The notes under the pieces are model-generated. The model was given only the letters and a program-made list of their open reading frames with translations, made no database searches and had not been told where the DNA came from. The position numbers and the translations under genes are program-made. Source: an uncultured delta proteobacterium (GTDB taxonomy: Bacteria > Desulfobacterota > Desulfobacteria > Desulfobacterales > UBA2156). Taken from it: DNA of 64,000 nt. The stretch is from the NCBI GenBank assembly GCA_963736855.1, contig CAVTQK010000014.1, forward strand, positions 1-64,000. The letters are read 5' to 3'. Positions within the stretch are counted from its first letter, which is position 1. Every line of letters starts with the position of its first letter. Shown here one piece after another: positions 19,980 to 31,799 of this stretch.

Positions 19980-20456
19980 ATGGAACGGGCCAAATATGGG
20001 GATAATCTCTTATCGGAACTTGCCAAACGCTTTACCGAACTCAAAATCAGCAACTGCAACCGACGCCAGCTTTGTCGTTATCTCCGCTTTTACCGTCTTT
20101 ATCCCGGAATTGTGCGGACACTGTCCGCACAATTGAAAACGCTGTTACCTCCAAGAGCGAATGACCTCGAGAAAGTGGGGACAGCGTCCCCACAATTGCA
20201 GATCCCCCAGGATAAGATCATCCATCGACTTTCCTATATTCACCTGGAATTGATCGTTGATCTTGACGACGACCTCAAACGTGTTTTCTACGAAATCGAG
20301 TGCATCCGAGGCAACTGGTCGGTACGGGAGCTGAAACGCCACATCGGCAGCCTCTACTATGAGCAATCCGGCTTATCCAAAGACAAGAAGAAGCGGACGA
20401 AAATCCGACCACGCTTAAAAACCCGTTTGATTATCCTGGGTCCTTGGATCCTCTAA
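19980..20456 (+). pseudogene. DUF1016/YhcG N-terminal domain fragment (nuclease domain absent)
   Basis: RAKYGDNLLSELAK and FYEIECIRGNWSVRELKRHIGSLYYE; homology appears to end near 20390. Confidence 0.75.
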
Positions 20457-20549
20457 CCAAAGAAAAAACATCTCTTACAAGAGAGGCCTCCCAGCTAGAA
20501 AGCGGGGCAGGCTCCTTGTCTCTCCCGGAGTTGTTTCACTCGTTGCAGC

Positions 20550-21770
20550 TTACGGCAGCCCAGCAAGCCACTGGCAAGCCGGAGCGACCAACATTTTCTG
20601 ATCGCCGTTTGAAAGCCTTCGAAACCCTTCCGCCTCCTCAACCAGTTGCACTGCGGGGATCTTCAAGGCATTCTGAAACTTGACCAGCGCCCTTGAGGGT
20701 TGCACCTCCGAAAACTTTGCCTCGATCAGCACAACGGGTTCATTCTCATTTGCAATGAGGAAATCAACTTCTTCCTGTTCCTTGTTCTTGATAAAATGAA
20801 GCGAAAACCGGCCGTACCCCATGTTGTTCCACAGGGTGATCGATCGAAAAAGCTCGCAGGCAACTCTGTTTTCAAAACGAGCCGCAGGGGCTTTGACAAG
20901 CGGCACATCCCAAAGATAGACTTTATGCTCTTTTTGAATCGCCCTTGCCACGCGGCGTGTCCAGGTGGAGATACTGAAAACCATAAAGAACCGCTCAAGG
21001 GTCGACAGCCAGCTCCGGACCGTATTGTACGAAACCTTTAAATCCCGGGATAGGGAAGAGACCGAAATCGGGCTCCCAACTTTGGTGGGAATCAAATGGT
21101 AGAGGGTTTCCACATCACCGATAGCCTTAATATCGGTTAGATCGCGGATATCCTCCCGGATCAACTGCTGCGAATACGCACTGGACCAGCGCCGATAGGT
21201 GGTCTTTCGACCCGAGAGAAACGGTTCCGGAAACCCGGAAAGCTCTGCTATGCTTGACCAGATCTCTCGGATATTCTTACTTATTTCCATTTCGATGCGA
21301 AGTGGGTCCTTCATAAACAGGTCGTGCGGAATGTTGCAGCCAGCCAGTTCTGCCACGGTAAACGGCCACAGGTGAAACAAGAAATACCGTCCGGCCAGTG
21401 AGTCTCCCCCCTTTTGATAGATGTCGAGCCGTCCGCTTCCGGATATTAGGAACTGAAATAAATTCTGGTATTGATCGTAGCTCCCCTTGAGATAATTTTT
21501 CCAGTCCCTGTATTTATGAATTTCATCAAATACAACCAGCGGAACGGATTCATCCTTTCGCTCGATGTGCTCAAAAAAAGCCGGGTCCTCCAGAAGACGC
21601 ATCCTGTCCTGTGGAATATCCCAGTTGAAATACAGGCTATTTGTAAAGGAACCCATGATCTGCCGACAAAGGGTGGTCTTTCCCGCCTGCCGGGGACCAG
21701 CCATAAATACCATGCTTTTTTCACCGGACAATTCCGTCCAGATGTTTAGGTAGAGAGGTCTGGATCGCAT
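20550..21770 (-). CDS. AAA_14 ATPase with DUF4143 and C-terminal PD-(D/E)xK-like motif
   Basis: GPRQAGKTT, VFDEIH, SGS, SGFPE, FENRV, EVDFL...IEAK. Confidence 0.88.
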   Translation of the reverse strand: MRSRPLYLNIWTELSGEKSMVFMAGPRQAGKTTLCRQIMGSFTNSLYFNWDIPQDRMRLLEDPAFFEHIERKDESVPLVVFDEIHKYRDWKNYLKGSYDQYQNLFQFLISGSGRLDIYQKGGDSLAGRYFLFHLWPFTVAELAGCNIPHDLFMKDPLRIEMEISKNIREIWSSIAELSGFPEPFLSGRKTTYRRWSSAYSQQLIREDIRDLTDIKAIGDVETLYHLIPTKVGSPISVSSLSRDLKVSYNTVRSWLSTLERFFMVFSISTWTRRVARAIQKEHKVYLWDVPLVKAPAARFENRVACELFRSITLWNNMGYGRFSLHFIKNKEQEEVDFLIANENEPVVLIEAKFSEVQPSRALVKFQNALKIPAVQLVEEAEGFRRLSNGDQKMLVAPACQWLAGLP

Positions 21771-21791
21771 AGTGGCAATATTTCATCTTAC

Positions 21792-21817
21792 TGAAAAATA
21801 GTCAAGACTATTTTTCA
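21792..21817. promoter_or_regulatory. Perfect 12-bp inverted repeat over the promoter region of the AAA-DUF4143 gene
   Basis: TGAAAAATAGTC-AA-GACTATTTTTCA; contains TTGACT on the minus strand. Confidence 0.65.
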
Positions 21818-22081
21818 ATAGGCTAAAAAATGGTCACAATATAGATCAGAAGGAATTCCTTTGCTGGAGGATTTTTTTGACCACATCCGGATCTTCAAAG
21901 ATGGAAAAAGCCGTATCTCTGTTCAAAATAGCACTACACATTCAGCTCTTTGACAACCTTCAGTTTACAATGGTCACCCGGCCGGGAGGCTGGACGCCGG
22001 AGACCTTGAACGGCTGGTAGGCAACGCCCTCAAAGTCGGTTCGGAAATGCGCTTCTACGCGTTATCAATCACCGATGCACA

Positions 22082-22489
22082 TTACGAAACCCAATTCTGC
22101 ACCTTTAATCCGGCGATGCGTCGAAATTCTCGTTCGTTGTTGGTAACGACCGTAAGGCCTGCCGCTTTAGCGTGTGCAGCGATCCATAAATCGTTGTTGC
22201 CGATAGACCGCCCCTGAGTTTCAAGTGCCGCCCGGATGATTCCATATGTATTCCCGGCCGTCTCCGGTATCGGCAGAACGGGAACAAAGGTCTTGAACTC
22301 CGCAAGCAACTCGAGAGCCTTTTTACGCTGCTTGCTTTTCTCTGCACCGTACAGCAGTTCGCCCCACGTGATAACGGATATCGCAGCATCTCCGGGTTCA
22401 AGTTTTTGGAAACGCGTCAATACGTTCCCCGGTCTTTGGCGTTGGATGTAAATACAGATATTGGTATCCAATAGAAAACGAGCCGCCAT
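22082..22489 (-). CDS. vapC: VapC PIN-domain toxin
   Basis: LLDTNICI, ELLYG, IGNNDLWIAAHA, VTNNEREF. Confidence 0.93.
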   Translation of the reverse strand: MAARFLLDTNICIYIQRQRPGNVLTRFQKLEPGDAAISVITWGELLYGAEKSKQRKKALELLAEFKTFVPVLPIPETAGNTYGIIRAALETQGRSIGNNDLWIAAHAKAAGLTVVTNNEREFRRIAGLKVQNWVS

Positions 22490-22719
22490 CACAATCCCTC
22501 CCGATGCTGAGGGAGTGTGTCCTGACGTCCTTCAGCAAAGAAATCATCAGGAAGTTCGGTCAACACTTCAAATGCTCGTCCCAGTCCTTTACCGGGTTCC
22601 CGCAGCACGATTTCGTCTCCGCGGCGAAGAATCTCAACAATCTTGCTCTTGACGGAGAATTCCTTTGGCAACCTTACTGCCTGGCTATTTCCTGATTTGA
22701 AAACTCTAGTTGTTTTCAT
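22489..22719 (-). CDS. vapB: VapB AbrB-type antitoxin
   Basis: TRVFKSGNSQAVRLPKEF; overlaps the vapC start; AGGAGG RBS. Confidence 0.93.
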   Translation of the reverse strand: MKTTRVFKSGNSQAVRLPKEFSVKSKIVEILRRGDEIVLREPGKGLGRAFEVLTELPDDFFAEGRQDTLPQHREGL

Positions 22720-22781
22720 AACAACCTCCTCGCCCTTCATCCGACTCGCATCTCCTTCAATCATCGGAGATTCTTCTATTT

Positions 22782-22807
22782 ATGTATACACTGGAAAGTA
22801 TATACAT
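22782..22807. promoter_or_regulatory. Putative vapBC operator
   Basis: ATGTATAC-ACTGGAAA-GTATATACAT, paired palindromic half-sites upstream of vapB. Confidence 0.55.
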
Positions 22808-23034
22808 GCGGATAAGAAATGTCAATTTCTGAATTTGCCGGTTTCATTCAATAAATATACAAAAAGCAAGGCTTATTTCTGTGTTTCCCATGATAAAGAC
22901 TTACGTTCATCAATCGTGAACAAGTCGAGATAGTGAACAACAGATGGAGACGTATCGTCGGTGATGTTTGAGACGACAGGAAGAAGATCTGTTTGCTGAG
23001 TTCGATCGGCTGGAAGCTCTGAAAAGAAAATCGA

Positions 23035-23747
<713 letters not shown>

Positions 23748-23751
<4 letters not shown>

Positions 23752-24518
23752 TCCACCACGTCTTTTCCCAGGTAGGCATCGATCACCTTGGGATTGCTGC
23801 GAATCTCTTCCGGTGTTCCTTCGGCGATGATTTCTCCGAAGACCAGGGTCTGGATGCTCTGGCAAAGCTCCATGACGACCCGGAGCCTGTGTTCGATGAG
23901 GAAAATGGCCAGACCGAGTTCTTCATGAACCTGCCGGATGGTCGCCACCATCCTCCCCAGCTCCTCCGGATTCATCCCTGCGGTGGGCTCGTCCAGGAAA
24001 AGCACCTTGGGTTCGGTGGCCAGGGCCCGGGCCATCTCCACGCGCCTCTGGGCGCCGTACGGCAGGTTGAGGATGTTCTGATCGGCCAACGGATCCACAC
24101 CGAACATGTTTAAAAAAAAATGCGCTTTCTCTTCTGATTCCGCCTCTTCCCGATGGCGCGCAGCGGTTCCGAAAAAGGCGCCGAAAAGCCCGTACTCCAG
24201 CTTGGAATACCGGGCCATCTTGACATGCTCCAGGACCGTCATGTGGCGCCAGAGCTGCATGTTCTGAAAAGTTCGTCCCAGGCCCATGGCCGCCACCTGG
24301 TGCGGCTTGAGGCCCTTGATGCTCGTTCCTTCGAGGAGGATCTCCCCTTCGGTGGGAGTGTGGATGCCGGTTATCAGGTTGAAAATCGTGCTCTTGCCGG
24401 CGCCGTTGGGTCCGATGAGTCCTTTAATCTGTCCCGGATCGATCTGCAGGTGATAGTCGTGAACCGCCCTCAGGCCTCCGAAGTAATGCGTCATTTTTTC
24501 AACATGCAAAAGACTCAT
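23748..24518 (-). CDS. livG: Branched-chain amino acid-type ABC ATPase
   Basis: FGGLRAV, GPNGAGKST, LPYGAQRRVE, LDEPTAG. Confidence 0.9.
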
Positions 24519-24527
24519 GAAAATCCC

Positions 24528-25800
24528 TCAAAAGGACTTGCCCTTCGGTTGGAGAACGCGTTTGGGATCAAACTCTTTGAAGGCGATTAAGCCTTTGGGC
24601 CTGAAAATCATCACCAGGATCAGAAGCAGCGGGATGATGATCCACTTGAACAGTTCGAGAGGCCTCAGGGCTTCCCCCAGCAGGTTGAGGCTTACGGCAC
24701 CCACGATGGAGCCATAGACGGAATTGAGTCCTCCGAAATAGACCATGGCCAGGACTTCCGCAAGATTCTGCACGGCGAAAGTCGCAGGGTTGATATATCG
24801 CAGGACGTGGGCAAAAAGACCGCCGGCGACTCCTGCCCAGAAGGCTGCAAACAGAAAAGCCGTCATCTTCGTGTTTCGGGTGTTCACGGTCATGGCGTCC
24901 GCGGCCAGTTCATCGTCCCGGACCGCATTCATTGCCTTTCCCAGGGTGGAGCGAACAAAGTTATTGATGATCCAGATGCATAATACGGTCCAGATAAAAA
25001 CAGTGGGAAGAGAGGCCAGATCCGGCTGCCCTCCCAGCCCCCGGGGACCGCCGACGAATTCCAGGTTTTCGATAAGGCTTTTAATGATGAACATGAAGGC
25101 CAGCGAAATGATGGCCAGGTAATCCCCCCGTGTCCGAAAAGAGGGGATGGCAATGATCAATGCGCCAAGTGCGGCGGCAAAACCTCCGAGAATCAAGCCA
25201 ATGGGGAAAAAATACGGCGCCAGAGACGAGGAAAGCCATGCCTTCCCGTAGAGCCGGCTGTCGGCAAAAAACATGAGGGTAAAGACCGAGCAGACATAGG
25301 CCCCCAAAGCCATGAAGCCGGGATGGGAGCAGGAGAATTCCCCCATGTACCCGTTGACGACATTCAGGCTCAGGGTCAGCATGATGGAGATCAGGGTCAG
25401 CTTCAAGGTCAGGACCCGGTAGGCGGAAATGTCCGACCACAGGTGGATGCAGGCATACAGAAGCACCAGGTGAATCGCGGCCGAAAGCCCCACGGAATGA
25501 CGGAGGAGACGGCCGGCCACTGCGTTTGCCGCAGGGGCGGAAAGCCTTGCGACAATCGAAATGGGCAGCACATAGACAAGCCCGACAAAGGCCAGTGAAC
25601 CGGGGATGAGAGCCGGTTTTTTCAGCATGATCACGAAACCGAACAGAACCGGAATCTTGGGAAGCCCCAGGATTCCGGCAAGGCTTTCCCCCAGATAGCG
25701 CTCCAGAAGGACTGCCGCCAAAATCCCGACAAGCCATCCCAGGAGCGGTATCCCGGAAAAAAACCTTCTGAAAAAAGTGCTTCGAATCGGTTTTCGCCAT
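24528..25800 (-). CDS. livM: ABC permease (probable frameshift in a homopolymer near 25760)
   Basis: SLNVVNGYMGEFS, RGDYLAI, GGLNSVYG. Confidence 0.85.
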
Positions 25801-25815
25801 CTCTCGTCGAACTTT

Positions 25816-26739
25816 TTACAGCCGCAGCTGCGCGGAGTACGGCTCGCCGAAGAAGCCGTGGGGCCGGAAAGTCAGAATCAGCAGGATGATGGAATAGGCG
25901 ATGAGATCCCGCAGGGTGGACGGAAAGATCATGGCCACGAAAATCTCGATGAAGCCCAGCAGAAAACCGGCCAGGCATGCCCCCATGATGGAGCCCCTTC
26001 CTCCCAGGATGGCGGCCACAAACGCCTTCCATCCGAACAGAATGCCCATGTACGGGTCCAGGACCGGATACGCCGTGCCGAAAAGGATCCCGGCCACGGC
26101 GGCCAGCGCCGATCCGATGGCAAAGGTCATCCGTGCGATGGTATTGATCGAGATTCCCATCAGAGGAACAATGAGGTAATCGAATGCCATGGCGCGGATG
26201 GCCATCCCCCATTTGCTTCTCCGGATGAATTGGTCCAACGCCAGCATGATCGCCAGCGACACCACCACGATCATGATTTTCTTGTTGGTGACGTAAACGC
26301 CCCCGAAGTTGTAGGTGGCGGTTTCGATCAGGCTCGGAAAGCTGACGCGCTGGGCGCCGAGAAGGGCGAGGTTCCCGGTTTCCAGGATGATCCCGATCAT
26401 GAGCCCCGTGATGGCCGCGGAAGCACGGGGCGCATCCCGCAGGGGGCGGTATCCGATCCGCTCCACCAGCATTCCGACAAAAGACGTCAGAAACATGGAA
26501 AAGAGGATGGTGAGCACCAGGATGAGCCAGTTGGGCAGGGCGATCACCCCCGACGCGGTCAGGGCGATGATCCCCGTCGATACCCCGAAACCGATATAGG
26601 CGCCGACCATGAAAATGTCGCCGTGGGCGAAATTAAACAGCATCAGGATACTGTAAACCATGGAGTATCCCAGGGCGATCAGCGCGTAGAAGCTTCCCCA
26701 CTGCAGCGCATTGATCATGTTCTGGAAGAAAAACACCAT
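25816..26739 (-). CDS. livH: ABC permease
   Basis: YALIALGYSMVY, NFAHGD, AFVAAILGG. Confidence 0.9.
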   Translation of the reverse strand: MVFFFQNMINALQWGSFYALIALGYSMVYSILMLFNFAHGDIFMVGAYIGFGVSTGIIALTASGVIALPNWLILVLTILFSMFLTSFVGMLVERIGYRPLRDAPRASAAITGLMIGIILETGNLALLGAQRVSFPSLIETATYNFGGVYVTNKKIMIVVVSLAIMLALDQFIRRSKWGMAIRAMAFDYLIVPLMGISINTIARMTFAIGSALAAVAGILFGTAYPVLDPYMGILFGWKAFVAAILGGRGSIMGACLAGFLLGFIEIFVAMIFPSTLRDLIAYSIILLILTFRPHGFFGEPYSAQLRL

Positions 26740-26773
26740 CGGTCAGGATCCCCTTGCAGGCGTTTCTTCTTTT

Positions 26774-26817
26774 AAAAGGGCGGGCGCGGGAGACTGTCTC
26801 CCGGGCCCGCCCTTTTT
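26774..26817. terminator. Intergenic stem-loop after the binding-protein gene
   Basis: AAAAGGGCGGGC...GCCCGCCCTTTT. Confidence 0.7.
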
Positions 26818-26843
26818 ATCGGTATTTTTACGATTTTATCAGG

Positions 26844-28016
26844 TTAAGGACAAACCGACTTGTAGAACTCGAACTCGCCTTTTTCGCTGATCCGAACGAT
26901 CACGGCGCACTTGATGGGATCCCCTTCCTCGGTAAAAGTCATTTTCCCGGTGATCCCCTCGAAATCCTTCAACTTTGCCAGAGCGTCGCGCAGGCACTGA
27001 CGGTCCTGCTCGATCTTGCCGGTGACCTTCCCGCATTTGGCCAGGGCGCTTTCCACGATCTTCATGGCATCCCAGGTCAGAGCCGCCACGTCGTCGGGAA
27101 CATATCCGTGCTTTTTGTTGTAGCGGTCAATGAACTTCTTGGTCTCTCCCTTGGCTCCGGCGGCCGCGTAATGGGTGGAAAAGAAGAGTCCGTAGCAGTC
27201 CTTTCCGCACAGTTTAACGGTCTCCGCACTGCCCCAGCTGTCGCTTCCCACGATTGGGGCCTTGAATCCCAGCTCATGGGCCTGCTGAACGATGAGGGCC
27301 ACTTCATTGTAATACTGCGGGGTGAAGAGGAACTCGGCACCGGATTTCTTGATCTTGGTCAGCTGGGAGCTGAAATCGGTGTCCTTGGTGGTGAAACTCT
27401 CATAAGCCACCACGGAACCCGGGCCGTTGACGCCTTCCCACGCTTTTTTGAAGAACTCGGCCAGTCCCTTGGGGTAGTCGCTGGCCACATCATACAGGAC
27501 AGCGGCTTTCTTGAATTTGTATTCCGCCTTGATGAAATTGGCCACCACCGGTCCCTGGAACGGATCGAGGAAGCACGCCCGGAAGACATAGGGTCGGTTC
27601 TTGGTGGTGTCCGGATTGGTGGACCAGGGGGAGATCATGGGGGTTTTATAGTTGTTGGCGACCTCACCGGCCGGAATGGCCTGTTTGGATGCCTGGGGTC
27701 CCACCATCACGATGATTTCATCCTCGGTGATCATCTTGGTGGCCACCTTCACGGCGGATTCGGCTTTTGCCTCGTTGTCCTCGATGACAAGCTCCACCGG
27801 ATATTTCTTGCCGCCGATGGTCAATCCGCCGGCCGCTTTAACATCCTCGAGCCACATCTGGGCCGCGAACTTGGTCCCTTCCCCGACTTTCGGGATATCC
27901 CCGGTGATGGGAGCGTTGATCCCGATTTTGATGGGTTTGGTTTGGCTCCAGGCAGACGGCATAACGATCAAGCCGATTGCCACACACATGATGACGAAAA
28001 TCAATCCCTTGCGCAT
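26844..28016 (-). CDS. LivK/LivJ-family substrate-binding protein
   Basis: Signal peptide, IKIG, DTDFSSQLTKIK; AGGAGG RBS before ATG 28016. Confidence 0.88.
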   Translation of the reverse strand: MRKGLIFVIMCVAIGLIVMPSAWSQTKPIKIGINAPITGDIPKVGEGTKFAAQMWLEDVKAAGGLTIGGKKYPVELVIEDNEAKAESAVKVATKMITEDEIIVMVGPQASKQAIPAGEVANNYKTPMISPWSTNPDTTKNRPYVFRACFLDPFQGPVVANFIKAEYKFKKAAVLYDVASDYPKGLAEFFKKAWEGVNGPGSVVAYESFTTKDTDFSSQLTKIKKSGAEFLFTPQYYNEVALIVQQAHELGFKAPIVGSDSWGSAETVKLCGKDCYGLFFSTHYAAAGAKGETKKFIDRYNKKHGYVPDDVAALTWDAMKIVESALAKCGKVTGKIEQDRQCLRDALAKLKDFEGITGKMTFTEEGDPIKCAVIVRISEKGEFEFYKSVCP

Positions 28017-28184
28017 GTCTCCTCCTTTTCGATCTGAGTCGGCCCCCAGGTAAGAAAACGGGCTAAAAGCCCGCATTTCAATGGTCCAAGAACCGACTCC
28101 GGTTGATATAACCCTAAAACGGGAAGCCTTTTCCCTCTTGAACGCCGTTTCGGCGGATATCATATGGTTTCAGGTTTGGCAATC

Positions 28185-29030
28185 CTAATCTATCATATTA
28201 AGTAGGCGAAAGAGCAGGTTCCCGGCCACCTGCCGCCGGTAGGCAGCGCTTGCCCGGACATCGTCGATGGGGGTGACCCTATTCCGGACGGCTGCGGCCG
28301 CGGTTTCGAGGGTTTCCGGAGACAGGGTTTTCCCGACAAGATCCTTTTCCACGTCCGGAAAGCAAAGGACCGTGGGTCCGACGCTTCCCCAAGCCAGCCG
28401 GATCTCGCGGATCTCCCCGGATTTGGTGATATCCGCTAGCGCCGCCATGCTGACAACGGCGCAGGCCAATGCATTTCGAAGCCCCACTTTTTCGTAGTGT
28501 TGGACGGCCCAGGGTCGGGGTTTAGGTATCAAAACGGTGGTGACAATCTCCTTGGAGTCGAGGCGGGTCCGTCCCGGCCCGACGATAAAATCGGAGAGTT
28601 TCATCTGCCGGCGGCGGTTCTCAGATGCCAACTGCACTTCGGCATTTAACAGATACAGCGGCGGCAGTGTGTCACCTGCCGGTGAGGCGGTCACGATATT
28701 CCCGCCGATGGTTCCCATGTGCCGGATGGGCGGGGAACCGAGTCGCGCAATGGCATGACAGAGAAGGGGGTACTCTTTTCGGATGATCGGATGACCCATG
28801 ATATGAGCATGCGACGTACAGGCACCGATGTGAACCGTTTCACCACGATCCTCGACACCTTGAAGCGCACCGATCCGATCGAGGCATATCAGCGCTTCAG
28901 GGTCAGCAATCCGTGCATGCATCTTAACAAAAAGGTCCGTCCCACCGCCATAAACCCCTGCTTTGGGATATTCCTCCCATATTTCCCAAAGTGCCTGCAG
29001 GGTCTTGGGCAGAAAGACGTTCCGATTCAC
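28185..29030 (-). CDS. Xanthine dehydrogenase family FAD-binding subunit
   Basis: GGGTDL, TIGGNIVTASPAGD, DDVRASAAYR. Confidence 0.9.
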   Translation of the reverse strand: MNRNVFLPKTLQALWEIWEEYPKAGVYGGGTDLFVKMHARIADPEALICLDRIGALQGVEDRGETVHIGACTSHAHIMGHPIIRKEYPLLCHAIARLGSPPIRHMGTIGGNIVTASPAGDTLPPLYLLNAEVQLASENRRRQMKLSDFIVGPGRTRLDSKEIVTTVLIPKPRPWAVQHYEKVGLRNALACAVVSMAALADITKSGEIREIRLAWGSVGPTVLCFPDVEKDLVGKTLSPETLETAAAAVRNRVTPIDDVRASAAYRRQVAGNLLFRLLNMID

Positions 29031-29500
29031 TTTTTCTCCTTACCGATTTCGGCGGAAGCGGCCTCAACCGCATCCACGATCTTCTGGTATCCGGTGCAAC
29101 GGCAGATGTTTCCGGAGATCCCTTCCCGGATCTGATCGCGCGTGGGATATCGGTTGCGCGATAACAGATCGTGTGCCGCCAGGATCATCCCGGGAGTACA
29201 GTAGCCGCACTGGACAGCCCCGTATTCCACAAAGGCCTGCTGGATGGGATGCAGCCGGTTATCTTGGGAGAGCCCTTCGATGGTGGCCAGCCGTCTGCCT
29301 TCCAGCTGGACCGCCAGCATCAGACATGAAAGCCTGCTCTCCCCGTCCACCAGAACGGTGCAGGCCCCGCATTCACCGGAGCCGCAACATTCCTTGGTAC
29401 CATAAAGGTTTAAATCTTCCCTCAGGATATCCACTACACGGCGGTCCGGCGGGACATCCAGGGTCATCTCCTTGTCATTCAGGATGAAATTGATTTTCAT
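29027..29500 (-). CDS. Xanthine dehydrogenase family 2Fe-2S subunit
   Basis: CGSGECGACTV, QCGYCTPG, GNICRCTGY. Confidence 0.93.
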   Translation of the reverse strand: MKINFILNDKEMTLDVPPDRRVVDILREDLNLYGTKECCGSGECGACTVLVDGESRLSCLMLAVQLEGRRLATIEGLSQDNRLHPIQQAFVEYGAVQCGYCTPGMILAAHDLLSRNRYPTRDQIREGISGNICRCTGYQKIVDAVEAASAEIGKEKK

Positions 29501-31799
29501 GCCTTCTCATCCTTTTGCTTTTGTGCCAAAGCAGACAGGACCTTTTCCGGCGTCATGGGCGGTTGAAAAATGCGAATCCCGCAGGCGTCGGCTAATGCAT
29601 TGGCTACCGCCGGAAGCGGACCGCTGATGGGGATTTCGCCTATGCCTTTCATTCCGAAAGGACCCGTTTCCTCGCGAAGCGGAAGCGCCACGCTGTCCAT
29701 TTCCGGAACATCCATGGCCGTCGGCAGGATATACGTCGTCAGGTTCGGGGTTCGGCTGCATCCATCTTCAACCCGGTAGTCCTCATATAGCCCGTAGCCG
29801 ATGCCTTGAGCGATGCCGCCATGGATCTGCTGTTCAAACACCTGCGGGTTGAGAACGGCGCCGCCGTCGGTCACCGCCAGGTACCGGCAGACGGTGACGG
29901 CTCCGGTCAGAAGATCCACCTCCACCAGTGCCAGGTGGGCGGCGAATGCAAAAATGATGTGCGGAAAACCGTAGACGGAGTTTAATTCTACCTTCAGCTT
30001 GTCCGTCGCCGTCGGCGCCTGCCAGGTATGCGTGGCCATCCGCTCGGCGGCCGACATGATCTCTCGCAAAGTTTGGAAAGCGCGATTTCACGCCCCGATG
30101 GGATATGGCGGATCTTTCCGGGAAGAAGTTCGAATTCTTCTTTTGAATCGATCCCCATCCGGGAGGCGGCTTTTTCGAAAAGCAATTGTTTCATCTTACC
30201 TGCCGCGCCGATCAGCGCATTGGCGTAAGTATAGGTGGTGCGGCTTGCCGCAGAGGATCCGGAGGGGAGTGTTTTATCGGTGTCCGGAAGGACAAGCGCC
30301 ATGCGGTCCCAGGGCTGGCGGAGCAGATCCGCTGCAATCTGAAGAAACGTGCTCGCGTTGCCCTGCCCCATGTCCGTTACGGCGGCATCGACCGTAAAGG
30401 TGCCGTCGGACAGAAGCTCGATCTTGGCGTTGCCGACATCCGGGACGATCGGTCCATACCCCATGCCATGGGCCAGCAGCGCAATGCCCGCACCCCGGCG
30501 CTTGAATTTTCCGGCGGATTTTTTCCACGCCTCGCGCCCCTGCCACAGGGGATGATGCTGAAGATGATTCAGACACTCCTCCGCACCCACGGAATGGGTC
30601 AGGGCGACCCCTACGGGGTTCTGATCCCCCCGGTGCACGACATTTTTAAGGCGCAGCGCCAGGGGATCCATGCCGAGCCTTTGGGCCAGCATGTCCATGA
30701 GTTGTTCGAAGACGGCCGTCGCCTGGGGGCCCCCAAAACCCCGGAAGGGTCCTGCGGGCGGATTGTTCGTATAAACCGAACGGCCGTTGATGACGACATG
30801 GGGAATCCGGTAAGAGGCGCCGGCATGCTCCACGGCAAGGGCCAGGATCTCTCCGCACAGGTGGTCATAGGCGCCGGCGTCCATTAAAATGCGGCAATCC
30901 ATAGCTTGGAGAAGGCCGTTTTCGGACGCCCCTAGCCGGCAGATGATCTCGGCCGGCATGCGTTTGACGCTGCAAAGAAAACTCTCTTCCCTGTCCCACC
31001 ACATTTTGACCGGACGGCCTCCAGCATTAAGCGCGGCCAGCGCCAGCAGCGCCTGGACGGTTGCACCGTCCTTCCCTCCGAATCCGCCGCCGAGATACGG
31101 CGCAATCACCCGGATCCGCTCCAGGGGAAGGCCCAGGGCTTCGGCCGTCTCTCTCCGATCCCGATGGGGCGACTGGGTCGATACCACGATCGTGATCTTT
31201 CCGGTTGCATCCATCTGCGCCCATCCGGCCTCGGTCTCAAGATAGGCATGCTCCTGGCGCGGAAGCGCGAATCGACCGGAGACAACAATCTCGCAGCCGG
31301 CAAGGGCTGCCTCGCCTTCCCCTTTTTCCACGTGAACCGCCGCCAGGATGTTTCCGGGGCTTTCCGAATGGATCAGGGGGTCTCCGGAAAGCGCGGCATC
31401 CGCATTAAAAACCGCAGGAAGCAAGTCATACTCCACCCGGATTTCTTCCAGGGCCTCAACCAGCGCGGTCCGGGTTTCGGCAAGGATCAATACGACGGGA
31501 TCCCCGATGCGCAGCACTTTTTCATTTGCCAGAACGGGCTGGTCCTTTTTTATGATTCCCTGGCGGTTGGGGCCGGGGACGTCTTTGGACGTCAGCACGG
31601 CAACAACGCCGGTCTGTCGGCGGGCCGATTCCGCGTGGATGTGCCTGATCCGGCCGTGGGCCACATCGGAGCGCTTCACTCCGGCCCAAAGGAAGTTTCC
31701 GTCATAGTAGTCCGCCGCGAATTTCTCTTTTCCGGCGACCTTGGTCCAGGCATCGACCCGGGCTGCGGGACTCCCCACTTCAGGTATTTCAGGATGCAT
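29497..31799 (-). CDS. Xanthine dehydrogenase family molybdopterin subunit (frameshift near 30065)
   Basis: HAYLE, GGGFGGK, FRGFG, DMGQG, SAASR; KGIGE in the 3' ORF. Confidence 0.88.

Noticed and set aside
21850..22080. Possible gene remnants between AAA-DUF4143 and vapC (also 22860-23030)
   Set aside because: No family could be recognised without a database search.
26754..28037. Long antisense ORFs (427 aa here; also 25777-26775, 47663-48766 and the 5' part of 48705-49889)
   Set aside because: Shadow frames opposite well-supported genes in GC-rich DNA, with no recognisable motifs.
29990..30090. Split Mo subunit or selenocysteine recoding in the XDH large subunit
   Set aside because: The break is a frame change, not an in-frame TGA; most likely an indel error.
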